From Kiritimatiellia bacterium (GTDB lineage: Bacteria > Verrucomicrobiota > Kiritimatiellia > CAIQIC01 > Lenti-01), in the NCBI GenBank assembly GCA_017527155.1, contig JAFXQI010000086.1, forward strand, positions 5,151 through 69,150: a DNA stretch of 64,000 nucleotides, given 5' to 3'. The translations under genes and the position numbers were made by a program. Positions 53,584-62,628 of this stretch are shown piece by piece. The notes under the pieces were generated by a model. The model saw nothing but the letters and a program-made list of their open reading frames with translations, was not told the origin of the DNA and did no database searches. The first letter of the stretch is position 1. Each line of letters opens with the position of its first letter.

Positions 53584-54769
53584 TCCGGCCGCCGCCGCGC
53601 GCGGGCGCCCCCGCCGCCCCCCCTTCGCGGAGCGCAAGACGCCGTGGCGCGGCGTGCTGGATGTCGCGACGGGATGCTACCCGGCGTTCCTCGCCGGCGG
53701 CCCCTTCCCGCGGCACGGCATCCCGGTGTTCCACTTCCACGAAGCCTCCCCCGCGGCGCTCGAACCCTACTTCCGCCACGTCGCGGAGAGCGGCTGCCGC
53801 ACCATCGTGTCGGACGAACTCGAGGCGTGGGTCCTGCGCGGCGTCTCCCCCGGACCGCGCGCCGTCGCGCTGACCTTCGACGACGCCTGGAGCAGCCTCT
53901 ACACCACCGTCTGGCCGCTGCTGGAGAAGTACGGCCTCCGCGCCATCGCCTACGCCAGCCCCGCCCGCGTCCCCGACGCCGGCGCCCCGCGCCCCCTCCC
54001 CGCATCCCCCGACCCGCGCGCCGACCGCGATCCCGCCGCCCCGATGTTCTGTACCTGGCCCGAACTGCGCGCGATGGACGCCTCCGGCCGCATCGACATC
54101 CAGGCCCACTCCTTCCGCCACGCCCGCATCCCTGCCGATCCGGCCGTCACCGGCTTCCTGCGCCCCGGCGCGCGCATCCATCCCCACGACATCCCGTGGA
54201 CCGACACGCCCGACGGCCCGCGCTTCCTCTCCCGCGCCGACCTCGGCGCGCCGCTCCATCCCACCCGCCCGCGCCTCTCCACGGCCCTCGCCTGGAAAGC
54301 CCCCGACGCCTTCGCCGCCTGCACCGCCGCCGTGCGCGAAGGCGGCGGAGAAGCCTTCTTCGACCGCCCCGACTGGCAGGATGTCCTCTTCCGCGCCCTC
54401 GCCTCCGCCCCCGCCGGACGCTGCGAGGCGCCCGACGAGCGCCTCGCCGCCCTCCTCGACGACCTCGGCCGCAGCCGCGAAATCCTCTCCTCCCGCCTCG
54501 GCAAGACCGTCACCCACATGTGCTTCCCGTGGGCCGTCTCCTCCCCCGACGCCATCGACGCCGCGCGCGCCGCCGGCTTCCGCACCGCCTGCTCCGACCG
54601 CCTGTTCGGCCGCCATCTCGCCACCGCCGGACAGCCCCCCTACCACATCATGCGCCTCAAGCACGCCTGGCTTCCCTGCCTGCCGGGCCCCGGACGCCGC
54701 CCCGCCTGGCGACGCCTCCCCTCCGCCTCCCGCGGACTCGACCTCGCCGACCCGCTTTATCCGCCGTGA
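53573..54769 (+). CDS. Polysaccharide deacetylase family protein
   Basis: ALTFDDA, QAHSFRH, CFPW NodB-like motifs. Confidence 0.85.
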   Translation: MPSDPAAAARGRPRRPPFAERKTPWRGVLDVATGCYPAFLAGGPFPRHGIPVFHFHEASPAALEPYFRHVAESGCRTIVSDELEAWVLRGVSPGPRAVALTFDDAWSSLYTTVWPLLEKYGLRAIAYASPARVPDAGAPRPLPASPDPRADRDPAAPMFCTWPELRAMDASGRIDIQAHSFRHARIPADPAVTGFLRPGARIHPHDIPWTDTPDGPRFLSRADLGAPLHPTRPRLSTALAWKAPDAFAACTAAVREGGGEAFFDRPDWQDVLFRALASAPAGRCEAPDERLAALLDDLGRSREILSSRLGKTVTHMCFPWAVSSPDAIDAARAAGFRTACSDRLFGRHLATAGQPPYHIMRLKHAWLPCLPGPGRRPAWRRLPSASRGLDLADPLYPP

Positions 54770-56277
54770 CCGCCCCCTCCGCCATCCCCACCGGACGCAA
54801 GATCGCCGGCTACACCGGCTGGAACCTCTTCGGTCTCTGCGCGCCGATGCTGGCGGCGTTCTTCGCGTTCCCGCCGCTCCTGCGGGGCCTCGGCGAAGAA
54901 CGCTTCGGGGTCCTCTCCCTCGTATGGCTCCTCGTCGGCTACCTGAACCTCCTCGACCTCGGCATGGGCCGCGCCATGACCAAGCTCACCGCGGAGGCCA
55001 TCGGCCTCGGCCGCCGCGGCGACGTACCGCGCATCTTCTGGACCGGCCTCGCCCTCATGGCCGCCCTCGGCCTCGCCGGCGGCCTCGCCCTCGCCGCCCT
55101 CAGCGACTGGCTGGCGACCAGCCGCCTCGCCATCCCCCCGTCCCTCCAGTCCGAAGTCCGCACCGCCTTCCTCATCGTCGCCGCCGCCCTGCCCTGCACC
55201 ATCGCCGTGACGGGCCTGATCGGCATGCTCGAAACCAACCAGAACTTCCGCCTCATCAACCTCGTCCGCATTCCCGTCGGCATGGGGACCTTCCTCGCGC
55301 CGCTGGCCGTCCTCGCCTTCACGCGCAGCCTCGTATGGGTCGTGGCGGCCCTCATCGCCGTCCGCCTCGCCGAACTCGCCGTCTACTTCACCTCCTGCCT
55401 GCTCCTCGTCCCCGGCCTCCGCGCCCGCATGCGCCCCGACCGCGCGATGGTCCGCCCCCTGCTGGCGTTCGGCGGATGGCTCACCGTCTCGAACATCACG
55501 ATGCCGATCATGCTGCAGATCGACCGCTTCGTGGTGGGCGCCGAGAAGACCCTCGCGAACGTCGCCCACTACAGCGTCGCCTCCGAGCTGGTCGTCAAGA
55601 TGCTGATCCTCCCGCGCGCCTGGGTCTCCGCCCTCTTCCCGCCGCTGACCATGCACCTCGCCGCCCGCTCCGACCGGGCCGACCGCCTCTTCGCGCGCGC
55701 CGTCGCCGGCCTGGCCCTCGCGATGGGGCCCGCCGTCCTGGGCGTCTACGTCCTCGCCCCCGAATTCCTCGCGTGGTGGGTCGGCCCCGACGTCGGGACG
55801 GCCGCCGCCCCCATCCTCCGCATCCTGACCGTCGGCATCTACGCCTATTCCCTCGCCTACCTCGCCTTCTCCCTCCTGCAGAGCGCGGGCCGTCCCGACC
55901 TCGCCGCCCGCTGGCACCTCCTCGAACTCGTCCCCTTCGTCCTGGCCGCCGCCTGGGCCACCCGGCGTTGGGGCATCGCCGGCATGGCGTGGGTATGGAC
56001 CGCCCGCTGCGGCATCGAAGCCCTGGTCCTCTACCCGATGGCCCTCCGCCACGTCCCCCGCGCCATCCCCGTCATCCTCCGCACCTTCCTGCTGGCGGCC
56101 GTCGCCCTCGCCCCCCTGCCCGCCCTCGGACGGATCTCCTCCCTGCCCCTCCGCATCGCCGCCGCCGCCGCCCTCGGCCTCGCCCTTCTCCCCCTCGCCT
56201 GGCGATTCCTCCTGTCCCCCTCCGACCGCACCGACCTCGCCGCCCTCCTCCGCGCCAAACTCCCCCGACGCCCCTGA
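54766..56277 (+). CDS. Wzx-type oligosaccharide flippase
   Basis: LGEERFGVL, LDLGMG, IDRFVVG, many TM helices; GTGA coupling. Confidence 0.9.
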   Translation: MTAPSAIPTGRKIAGYTGWNLFGLCAPMLAAFFAFPPLLRGLGEERFGVLSLVWLLVGYLNLLDLGMGRAMTKLTAEAIGLGRRGDVPRIFWTGLALMAALGLAGGLALAALSDWLATSRLAIPPSLQSEVRTAFLIVAAALPCTIAVTGLIGMLETNQNFRLINLVRIPVGMGTFLAPLAVLAFTRSLVWVVAALIAVRLAELAVYFTSCLLLVPGLRARMRPDRAMVRPLLAFGGWLTVSNITMPIMLQIDRFVVGAEKTLANVAHYSVASELVVKMLILPRAWVSALFPPLTMHLAARSDRADRLFARAVAGLALAMGPAVLGVYVLAPEFLAWWVGPDVGTAAAPILRILTVGIYAYSLAYLAFSLLQSAGRPDLAARWHLLELVPFVLAAAWATRRWGIAGMAWVWTARCGIEALVLYPMALRHVPRAIPVILRTFLLAAVALAPLPALGRISSLPLRIAAAAALGLALLPLAWRFLLSPSDRTDLAALLRAKLPRRP

Positions 56278-56316
56278 CACCCCCCTCCCCTGCCCCGGAC
56301 GCGCCCGCGAATGCAC

Positions 56317-56346
56317 TTGACTGAACGCGGGTTCATGTGCTGGAAT
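56317..56346 (+). promoter_or_regulatory. umuD promoter with overlapping LexA-type box TGAAC-N4-GTTCA
   Basis: TTGACT (56317) -18 bp- TGGAAT; palindrome TGAACGCGGGTTCA at 56322-56335. Confidence 0.6.
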
Positions 56347-56353
56347 ATCCCCC

Positions 56354-56866
56354 ATGAAGAAGCAAGACCAGACGAAGGGCCGCGCCCCGGTGCCGCCGGG
56401 CGCATGGCGGGCGGCCGGAGACGTGCCGCGGGTGGAAGTGCCGTGCATGGGGACCGCGGTGGTGGCCGGATTCCCGTCGCCGGCGGAACAGTACGTCGAA
56501 CGCCCGCTCGACCTCAACGAGCTGCTGGTCGCCCGGCCCGCGGCGACCTACTTCGTGCGGGCGGAGGGGGATTCGATGCTCGGCGCCGGCATCCGCTCCG
56601 GGGATTTGCTGGTCGTGGACCGCTCGCTGGAGCCGGACAACGGGTCGGTGGTCATCGCGTGCGTCGATGGCGAGTTCACGGTCAAGACGCTGCGGAAAGG
56701 CCGGGGCGGGGTCCGGCTGGAGGCGGCGAACCCGGCGTACCCGCCCATCCGCTTCGCCGATGGCATGGAACTGCGCGTGTTCGGCGTGGTCACGGCGGTC
56801 ATCCACCGCATGAGGACCCCTCCGGCCCCGGACGGCGGCGCGGATGCCGGGGGACGGCGCGCATGA
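56354..56866 (+). CDS. umuD: DNA polymerase V subunit UmuD (S24 peptidase)
   Basis: AGFPSPA cleavage site, GDSM, FTVK. Confidence 0.94.
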   Translation: MKKQDQTKGRAPVPPGAWRAAGDVPRVEVPCMGTAVVAGFPSPAEQYVERPLDLNELLVARPAATYFVRAEGDSMLGAGIRSGDLLVVDRSLEPDNGSVVIACVDGEFTVKTLRKGRGGVRLEAANPAYPPIRFADGMELRVFGVVTAVIHRMRTPPAPDGGADAGGRRA

Positions 56867-58131
56867 TCGCCCTGGCGGACGCCAACAACTTCTACGTCTC
56901 GTGCGAGCGGGCGTTCGATCCGCGGCTGGAAGGGAAGGCGGTGGCGGTGCTGAGCAACAACGACGGATGCGTCATTTCGCGTTCGCCGGAATGCAAGGCG
57001 ATGGGAATCGAGATGGGGACGCCGCACTTCAGGCTGCGCGGACGGGAGGGACTGGTGTTCCGTTCGTCGAACTACGAGCTGTACGGGGACATGTCCGGGC
57101 GGATCGCGGCGGTGCTCGGGACCTTCACCCCCGAGGTGGAACGCTACTCCATCGACGAGGCCTTCCTGCACTTCGGCGGGACGGAGCCGCCGGACGGCTG
57201 GTACGCGCTCGGATGCGCCGTCCGGGAACGGGTGCTGCGCTGGACCGGCATTCCCTGCGGGGTCGGGTTCGCCCCGACGCGCACCCTGGCCAAGATCGCC
57301 AACCACATCGCCAAGAAGCGGCCCGGGGGCGTCTACGCGATGCCCGCCGATCCGCGCGCCGTGCTCGACGGACTGCCCGTGGAGGAGGTCTGGGGCGTGG
57401 GACGCCACCTCGCGGCACGGCTCCGCCGGAGCGGGGTCGCCGACGCCCTGGCGCTGTCGCGGTGCGGACGGGAGTTCTTCCGGCGCGGGCGCTTCGCCGT
57501 CACCCTCGAACGCACGGCGCTGGAACTGCGCGGCATTCCCGCGACCGATGCCGACCCGCTCGAACGCGGAAACCCGAAATCGGTCGGCGTCTCGCGCATG
57601 TTCGGCCGGCCGGTCGCCGGCGCGCGCGAACTGGGCGAGGCCGTGGCCTCCTACGCCGCCGCCGCCGCCGGCAAGCTCCGCAAGGCCGGCATGGTCGCCT
57701 CCGTGGCCGACGTGTACGTCCAGGAATGCGCCCCGCCCGGACGCGGCGGATGGGACGATCCGGGATGGTGGACGCCGTTCCTGTCGGTGACGGTCCCCTT
57801 CGCGGCACCGACCGCGGCGACGCCGGAAATCCTCTCCGCGGTGCGCCCCGCCGCGGAACGGCTCTTCGCCGGCGGCAAACGCTACCGCCGGGCGGGCGTG
57901 CTGCTGTGCGGCCTCGAACGCGCGGAGGCGGCGGCGGACCTCTTCCGGGGCGATCCGCGCGGACGCCCCGCCGCCCGCCTCTCGGCCGCCGTGGACGCCC
58001 TCAACGCCCGCTTCGGACGCGGCACGCTCTTCTACGCCGCCGAAGGCACCGCGCGCGACTGGAAGATGAAGCGCGCCATGCTCTCCCCCCGCCCCACCAC
58101 CCGCTGGCGCGAACTCCTCGTCGCCCGCTGA
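56863..58131 (+). CDS. umuC: Y-family DNA polymerase V subunit UmuC
   Basis: DANNFYVSCER, VLSNNDGC, SSNYELYGDMS, YSIDEAF, C-terminal WKMKRAMLSP..TTRW. Confidence 0.95.
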   Translation: MIALADANNFYVSCERAFDPRLEGKAVAVLSNNDGCVISRSPECKAMGIEMGTPHFRLRGREGLVFRSSNYELYGDMSGRIAAVLGTFTPEVERYSIDEAFLHFGGTEPPDGWYALGCAVRERVLRWTGIPCGVGFAPTRTLAKIANHIAKKRPGGVYAMPADPRAVLDGLPVEEVWGVGRHLAARLRRSGVADALALSRCGREFFRRGRFAVTLERTALELRGIPATDADPLERGNPKSVGVSRMFGRPVAGARELGEAVASYAAAAAGKLRKAGMVASVADVYVQECAPPGRGGWDDPGWWTPFLSVTVPFAAPTAATPEILSAVRPAAERLFAGGKRYRRAGVLLCGLERAEAAADLFRGDPRGRPAARLSAAVDALNARFGRGTLFYAAEGTARDWKMKRAMLSPRPTTRWRELLVAR

Positions 58132-58259
58132 CCCCTCCCCCGTTTTTCCCCCCCATCTTTCCCTCCCCCATCAAGTCCCGGCCGGCACGATGTCCCACCC
58201 ACTTTTGCAAACAGGAAAAATCCTTGACTTCCCATCCCTTTTCCCCCATGCTCCGCGCC

Positions 58260-59114
58260 ATGAACAACAAGGTCAAATACGCCCTCCGCGAGGCCGCCGG
58301 CATCGCCGGCGACGTCGCACGCTTCTACATCGGTTCCCTGGCGCTGCCGGTGGCCGTGCCCGTGGTCCTCGCGGGCGCGGCCGCTCTCTCGGCGGCGGCG
58401 CTGGGAGGGTGGATCGCCGACACGACCGGGCGCGCGGTCCTGGCCGAACTGCGGCGGCGGGCGCGGTTGCGGGCGCCGCGGGCGCCATCGCCGTCGCTGC
58501 GGGGAACGCCGACGCCGGAGGAGTTCGCGGAGGATGCGGCGGAACGGCCGCGGACGCTGGCGGTGCGCCTGCGGATCGGATCGCGCTTGGCGGACCTGGC
58601 GCCGACGCTCGACCGGGGGAACCATTACGACGTCTCGCCGACGGGCGCGAAGCGCATTTGCGGGCGCGGCCGCGGGGTCCGGGGCTGGCTGGAGGACAAC
58701 CGGGTCGGGATGAACTATTCGACGCTCATGCGCTACATGCGCCTCGCGGTCCGGCTCCGCGCGCTGCTGGGACTGGACGGGCGGCTGCCGCTGGAGTGGC
58801 TGCTGCCGGGCGCGGAGGCGCAACCGGCGGTTCCGGCGGAACTGCGCGCGCAATGCGCGGCGGCGAAGCGGAAGCTTTCGCGCCTGCTGCGGGAGAACCG
58901 GAATTTCAGGCGGTTGCAGGTGCGCGTGGACGGGGCGCTGGGTCTGCGGCGGCTGCCGCGGCCGGGACGTGCGGGCGCGGGGGGGAAGCCGCTGGACGGG
59001 GCGCTCGCGGAGAACGTGCGGCTGGAGCTGGCGGCGTTTCTGCAGGAACGCGACCTGCCGCCGCGGGCGGAGGCGCTGCGGCGGAAGGCGCTGGCCGGAT
59101 TCCTGGAGAGCTGA
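58260..59114 (+). CDS. Hypothetical protein, paralog of 42121-43029
   Basis: Same conserved blocks as 42121; preceded by TTGACT-17-CATGCT. Confidence 0.75.
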   Translation: MNNKVKYALREAAGIAGDVARFYIGSLALPVAVPVVLAGAAALSAAALGGWIADTTGRAVLAELRRRARLRAPRAPSPSLRGTPTPEEFAEDAAERPRTLAVRLRIGSRLADLAPTLDRGNHYDVSPTGAKRICGRGRGVRGWLEDNRVGMNYSTLMRYMRLAVRLRALLGLDGRLPLEWLLPGAEAQPAVPAELRAQCAAAKRKLSRLLRENRNFRRLQVRVDGALGLRRLPRPGRAGAGGKPLDGALAENVRLELAAFLQERDLPPRAEALRRKALAGFLES

Positions 59115-59141
59115 AGCGGGCGGGCCGCCCGCGCTCCCGGA

Positions 59142-59585
59142 TCAGACCTGGAGGAAGCCGCCGGTGCCGAAGGCGGGGGCGTCGGAGTCTTCGGCGGCGG
59201 CCTGGGCGGCCGCGGGACGGAAGTCCGCCAGGAGGCGGCGCCAGGTCTCGGCGTTGTTGACGAGGGTTTCGAGGGCTTCGTCGAAGGTGTCCGGATCCAG
59301 GTCCGCCAGCGGCAGGAGACGCAGGAGGACGTATTTGCCCGTTTCGTGCGTCTTCGCGAAGTAGGAGGAGGATTCGAGGTTGGCTTCGAGCAGCAGGTCG
59401 GCGAATTCGGCGCGGCCGTCGGCCGGCGGTTCGCCGATCTCGGCCCCCGCGACCAGGTGGTCCGGGGTACCGACGAGGGTCACGGGGATGCCGTCGATGT
59501 CGAGCGAGGTCTGGCCGTCCTGCGGGACGAGGCCTTCGACGGAGTGGCGGAGGGCGAAGGCGGAGATGATTTCGGTGAATTCCAT
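59142..59585 (-). CDS. CesT/SycE-family type III secretion chaperone-like protein
   Basis: 147 aa, acidic; LLLEANL, C-terminal amphipathic helix FDEALETLVNNAETWRRLL. Confidence 0.72.
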   Translation of the reverse strand: MEFTEIISAFALRHSVEGLVPQDGQTSLDIDGIPVTLVGTPDHLVAGAEIGEPPADGRAEFADLLLEANLESSSYFAKTHETGKYVLLRLLPLADLDPDTFDEALETLVNNAETWRRLLADFRPAAAQAAAEDSDAPAFGTGGFLQV

Positions 59586-59915
59586 GGGCGGGGTCCTTTT
59601 TCTCAGGGATCGGTGGTCTGGGAGAGTTCGATGCCGGTGGCGGCGGGAATGCAGCGCGCGGCGGACTGCACGAACGTGCCAAACGCCGAAAATCCGTTGT
59701 CGATGTGGATGGCCATGATGTGCGATCCGGGTTGAAATGGTCGGCGGTTGGTCCGCCCCGTCTACACGCGGCGGTCCGGGAAGTTACAGTTCCTCCGCAA
59801 TCGCGTCCCGCATCATACCCACCCCTCCCGCCCGATGGGAACAACTTTTTTCGCCGTCCATTGCCCGGCCGGCGGGAGCGCGCCCCTTCCCCGCGGGGAG
59901 CGCAACGGGGAGGGA

Positions 59916-61475
59916 CTATTCCCCGGCCTGCTCCGTGCGGGGAGGACCGGCGAACAGCGGCAGGTCGGGCAGCACGTGCCGGAGGTCGGTCAGGTCGGCG
60001 GGGCCGTACACATCGTGGCGCTCCGTCTGCCCCGGGCGGTGGACGATGAAGGGGACGTGTTTCTGCGCGCCTTTCCGGAAGCGGGGGTCATGCACGTTGT
60101 GGTCGCTGGTGACGATGATCCACGCATCGCGTCCGGACGGCGACGAGGCGATGGCCTCCAGCCACGTGCCCAGGGCCCAGTCGGCCCCTTCGGTCTGTGC
60201 GGCGAGTCCGGCGACGTTGTCGAACAGGAGGGCGGGCGGCAGCGGTTTGCCGCCGCGTCCGACGACGTACGGATCGTGGGGCATGTCCACGTGGATGAAG
60301 ACGAAATCGCCCGGCGACAGCGACTCGCGGAGCAGGCGGTCGGCGCGCGCGACGAGGCTGGTGCGTTCGGCGTAACCCCGGGCTTCGGTCCGGTCGTGGA
60401 GCCCCGCGAAGCGGAACAGCGCGCTGGCCGGCGACTTGCTGGCATACAGGAAATAGCGTGCGGCGTGTTCCGCCGCCGCCGTCCGGAGCGACGGGGCCTG
60501 GCCGAACACGTGGACCCCGTGGTTGCCGTAGCCCAGCGCGATGCTTTCGTCCGCGTCCCAGAGGCCCGGCACGATCACGTCCCACGGCACGTACATGCCG
60601 ATGGCCTGGGCGCGGCCGCCGCGTTCCCTCGCGAGGGCGGGGAGCGACCGGTCGGCGAAATCCGCGGGGTACACCGTGTTGGTCCCGTCCGAGAACGGCC
60701 AGCCGCCGATGGCGTAGCGGAGTTTCCGCGAGGGGGTGGCCAGGCGTTCCTGGACGATGAACCCCGGCAGGGACGTGGCCGTCTGCCCGCCCGCGCTCTC
60801 CGCGCCGTGGTAGACGTCCGCCCGCCCGCAGAAGGCGGCGAAATTCGTGCAGGCGGGCACGACCTGCCCCCCGTCGCCGAACAAGGTCCCGTACCCCATC
60901 ATGTCGAACATGAGCACCACGACCGGCGGTTCGCCGTTGCCCGGAACCGGCGAGAAGTCGAGCCCCTTGCCGCACGCCCCGTCGAGCGCCGGCAGGCGCC
61001 AGAGCGACAGGGGGACGAGGAAGACGACGGGCCAGAGGAGGCGGCGGACCAGATTCCACCCGCGGGCGGCCCCGCGCCGCCAGGAGGGGAAGAGGAGCGT
61101 GCCGGCGATGCCGCAGGCGCCCACCGTCCAGACGACCACCCACCAGACCGGGCCCGTGAGCCACTTGCAGCCCATCCGGGCGGCCAGGACCTTGTGCAGT
61201 TCCGGGAAGTTGTTCGCGGCCACGATGGCCAGCCAGCCGAAGAAGGTGGCGGACAGCAGCGGTTTCGCGCGGGGGAAAACCCGCTCCAGGGCGAAGGCGC
61301 CGAGCCCCAGCAGGGTGCCTTCCGCCAGGGTCAGGAAGAGAAGGGCCCAGAAGTCGAGATGGGAGAAGTACATGGCCCACCGGTTGATGGGCCGCATGGC
61401 CATCCCCCAGTAGCCGCCGGTCAGGCCGAAGGCCAGAATCCAGCCGGTCAGGATGCGTCGGAACAGGGTTTTCAT
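59916..61475 (-). CDS. Membrane protein with alkaline-phosphatase/sulfatase-superfamily domain
   Basis: About 5 N-terminal TM helices; VVLMFD, TATSLP nucleophile region, HVDMPHDPY, IVTSDH, HVPFIV. Confidence 0.8.
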   Translation of the reverse strand: MKTLFRRILTGWILAFGLTGGYWGMAMRPINRWAMYFSHLDFWALLFLTLAEGTLLGLGAFALERVFPRAKPLLSATFFGWLAIVAANNFPELHKVLAARMGCKWLTGPVWWVVVWTVGACGIAGTLLFPSWRRGAARGWNLVRRLLWPVVFLVPLSLWRLPALDGACGKGLDFSPVPGNGEPPVVVLMFDMMGYGTLFGDGGQVVPACTNFAAFCGRADVYHGAESAGGQTATSLPGFIVQERLATPSRKLRYAIGGWPFSDGTNTVYPADFADRSLPALARERGGRAQAIGMYVPWDVIVPGLWDADESIALGYGNHGVHVFGQAPSLRTAAAEHAARYFLYASKSPASALFRFAGLHDRTEARGYAERTSLVARADRLLRESLSPGDFVFIHVDMPHDPYVVGRGGKPLPPALLFDNVAGLAAQTEGADWALGTWLEAIASSPSGRDAWIIVTSDHNVHDPRFRKGAQKHVPFIVHRPGQTERHDVYGPADLTDLRHVLPDLPLFAGPPRTEQAGE

Positions 61476-61481
61476 GGGGAA

Positions 61482-62621
61482 TCAGGGTTGCAGCTCGGCG
61501 CGGAGGGCGTCGATGGCGGCGCGGTGGGAGAAGTCGAGGGGGGGGAGTTTGCCGGAGAGGCCTTTGTGGATGCGGATGTCCAGGAAGGCGGGGCGGCCGT
61601 CGGGGTCGGCGGCGGAGGCGCGGAGGGCGGCGAGGGCGGAGACGAGTTCGTCCTTTGTGGTGGCGGGTCGGCCGACGGTGCGGTAGCCGCAGGCTTCGGC
61701 GATCTTCGTGAAGTCCACCAGGTGCCCGGCGGAGGGCTGGCCGCCGACCGATTCGTGGGCGCCGTTGTTCAGGACGGCGTGGAGGAGGTTCGGGACGCGC
61801 GTCTTGCTGGCCATGGTCATGGCGCCGAGGTGCATCATGGCGGCGCAGTCGCCGTCGAGCACCACGACGGGGCGGTCCGGCCGGGCCATCGCGATGCCGA
61901 GCGCGACCGAGGAGGCGTGGCCCATGGCGCCGACGTTGAGGTAGTCGCGGGCCTTCGTCTCGCCGCGCCGTTCGCGCAGGAAGAAGAGTTCGCGCGTGGC
62001 GCGGCCGGTGGTCGCGGAATACACGGTGTCGGGCGGCATGTGGTCCAGGATCGCCGCGATGGCTTCCTCGCGGCCCATGGGATACGTTTCGTCGCGGTTG
62101 TTCGCCTTGTCGCCGGCCATGACGCCCTTGGGGGCGATCAGGGCGTAGGGTTTGCGCTCGGCCTTGCAGAAGGCGGCGGCCGCGCGGACGGTTGCGGCGA
62201 AGGCCGCATCGTCGTCGGAGAGCACGGCGTGGGGGATGTGCAGGACGTCCATCAGCGGGATGGTGGCTTCGCCCTGCAGCCCGTGCTGGGGCCAGTCGCC
62301 GGTGCCGGGCTGGCCGCGCCAGCCGACGAGGAGGAGCATGGGGACGGCGTAGACGTGCACGTCCGCGAGGGAAGCGAGCGGGTTGACGGCGTTGCCGATG
62401 CCGCTGTTCTGCATGTACACGAGCGGCAGCTCCCCGGTGGCGAACCAGTGGCCCGCGGCGATGCCGACGGCGTTGCCTTCGTTGGCGGCGATGACGGTGC
62501 GGTCGGGGAAGTGCGCGAGGGCGTGGTTGCAGAAGCCGTTCAGGTAGGAGTCCGGAACGCCCGCATAGAAGCGGACGCCCGCCTTGTCCAGTTCGTCGAA
62601 TACCCGGGTTTGGTCCAGCAT
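61482..62621 (-). CDS. aepY: Phosphonopyruvate decarboxylase
   Basis: GVPDS, AANEGNAVGIAAG, YMQNSGIGNAVNPL, GWRGQPG..D.PQH, STTGRATREL-like, VGAMGHASS, DGD..MMH.G, NNGAHESVGGQP. Confidence 0.93.
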   Translation of the reverse strand: MLDQTRVFDELDKAGVRFYAGVPDSYLNGFCNHALAHFPDRTVIAANEGNAVGIAAGHWFATGELPLVYMQNSGIGNAVNPLASLADVHVYAVPMLLLVGWRGQPGTGDWPQHGLQGEATIPLMDVLHIPHAVLSDDDAAFAATVRAAAAFCKAERKPYALIAPKGVMAGDKANNRDETYPMGREEAIAAILDHMPPDTVYSATTGRATRELFFLRERRGETKARDYLNVGAMGHASSVALGIAMARPDRPVVVLDGDCAAMMHLGAMTMASKTRVPNLLHAVLNNGAHESVGGQPSAGHLVDFTKIAEACGYRTVGRPATTKDELVSALAALRASAADPDGRPAFLDIRIHKGLSGKLPPLDFSHRAAIDALRAELQP

Positions 62622-62628
62622 GGCTTCC

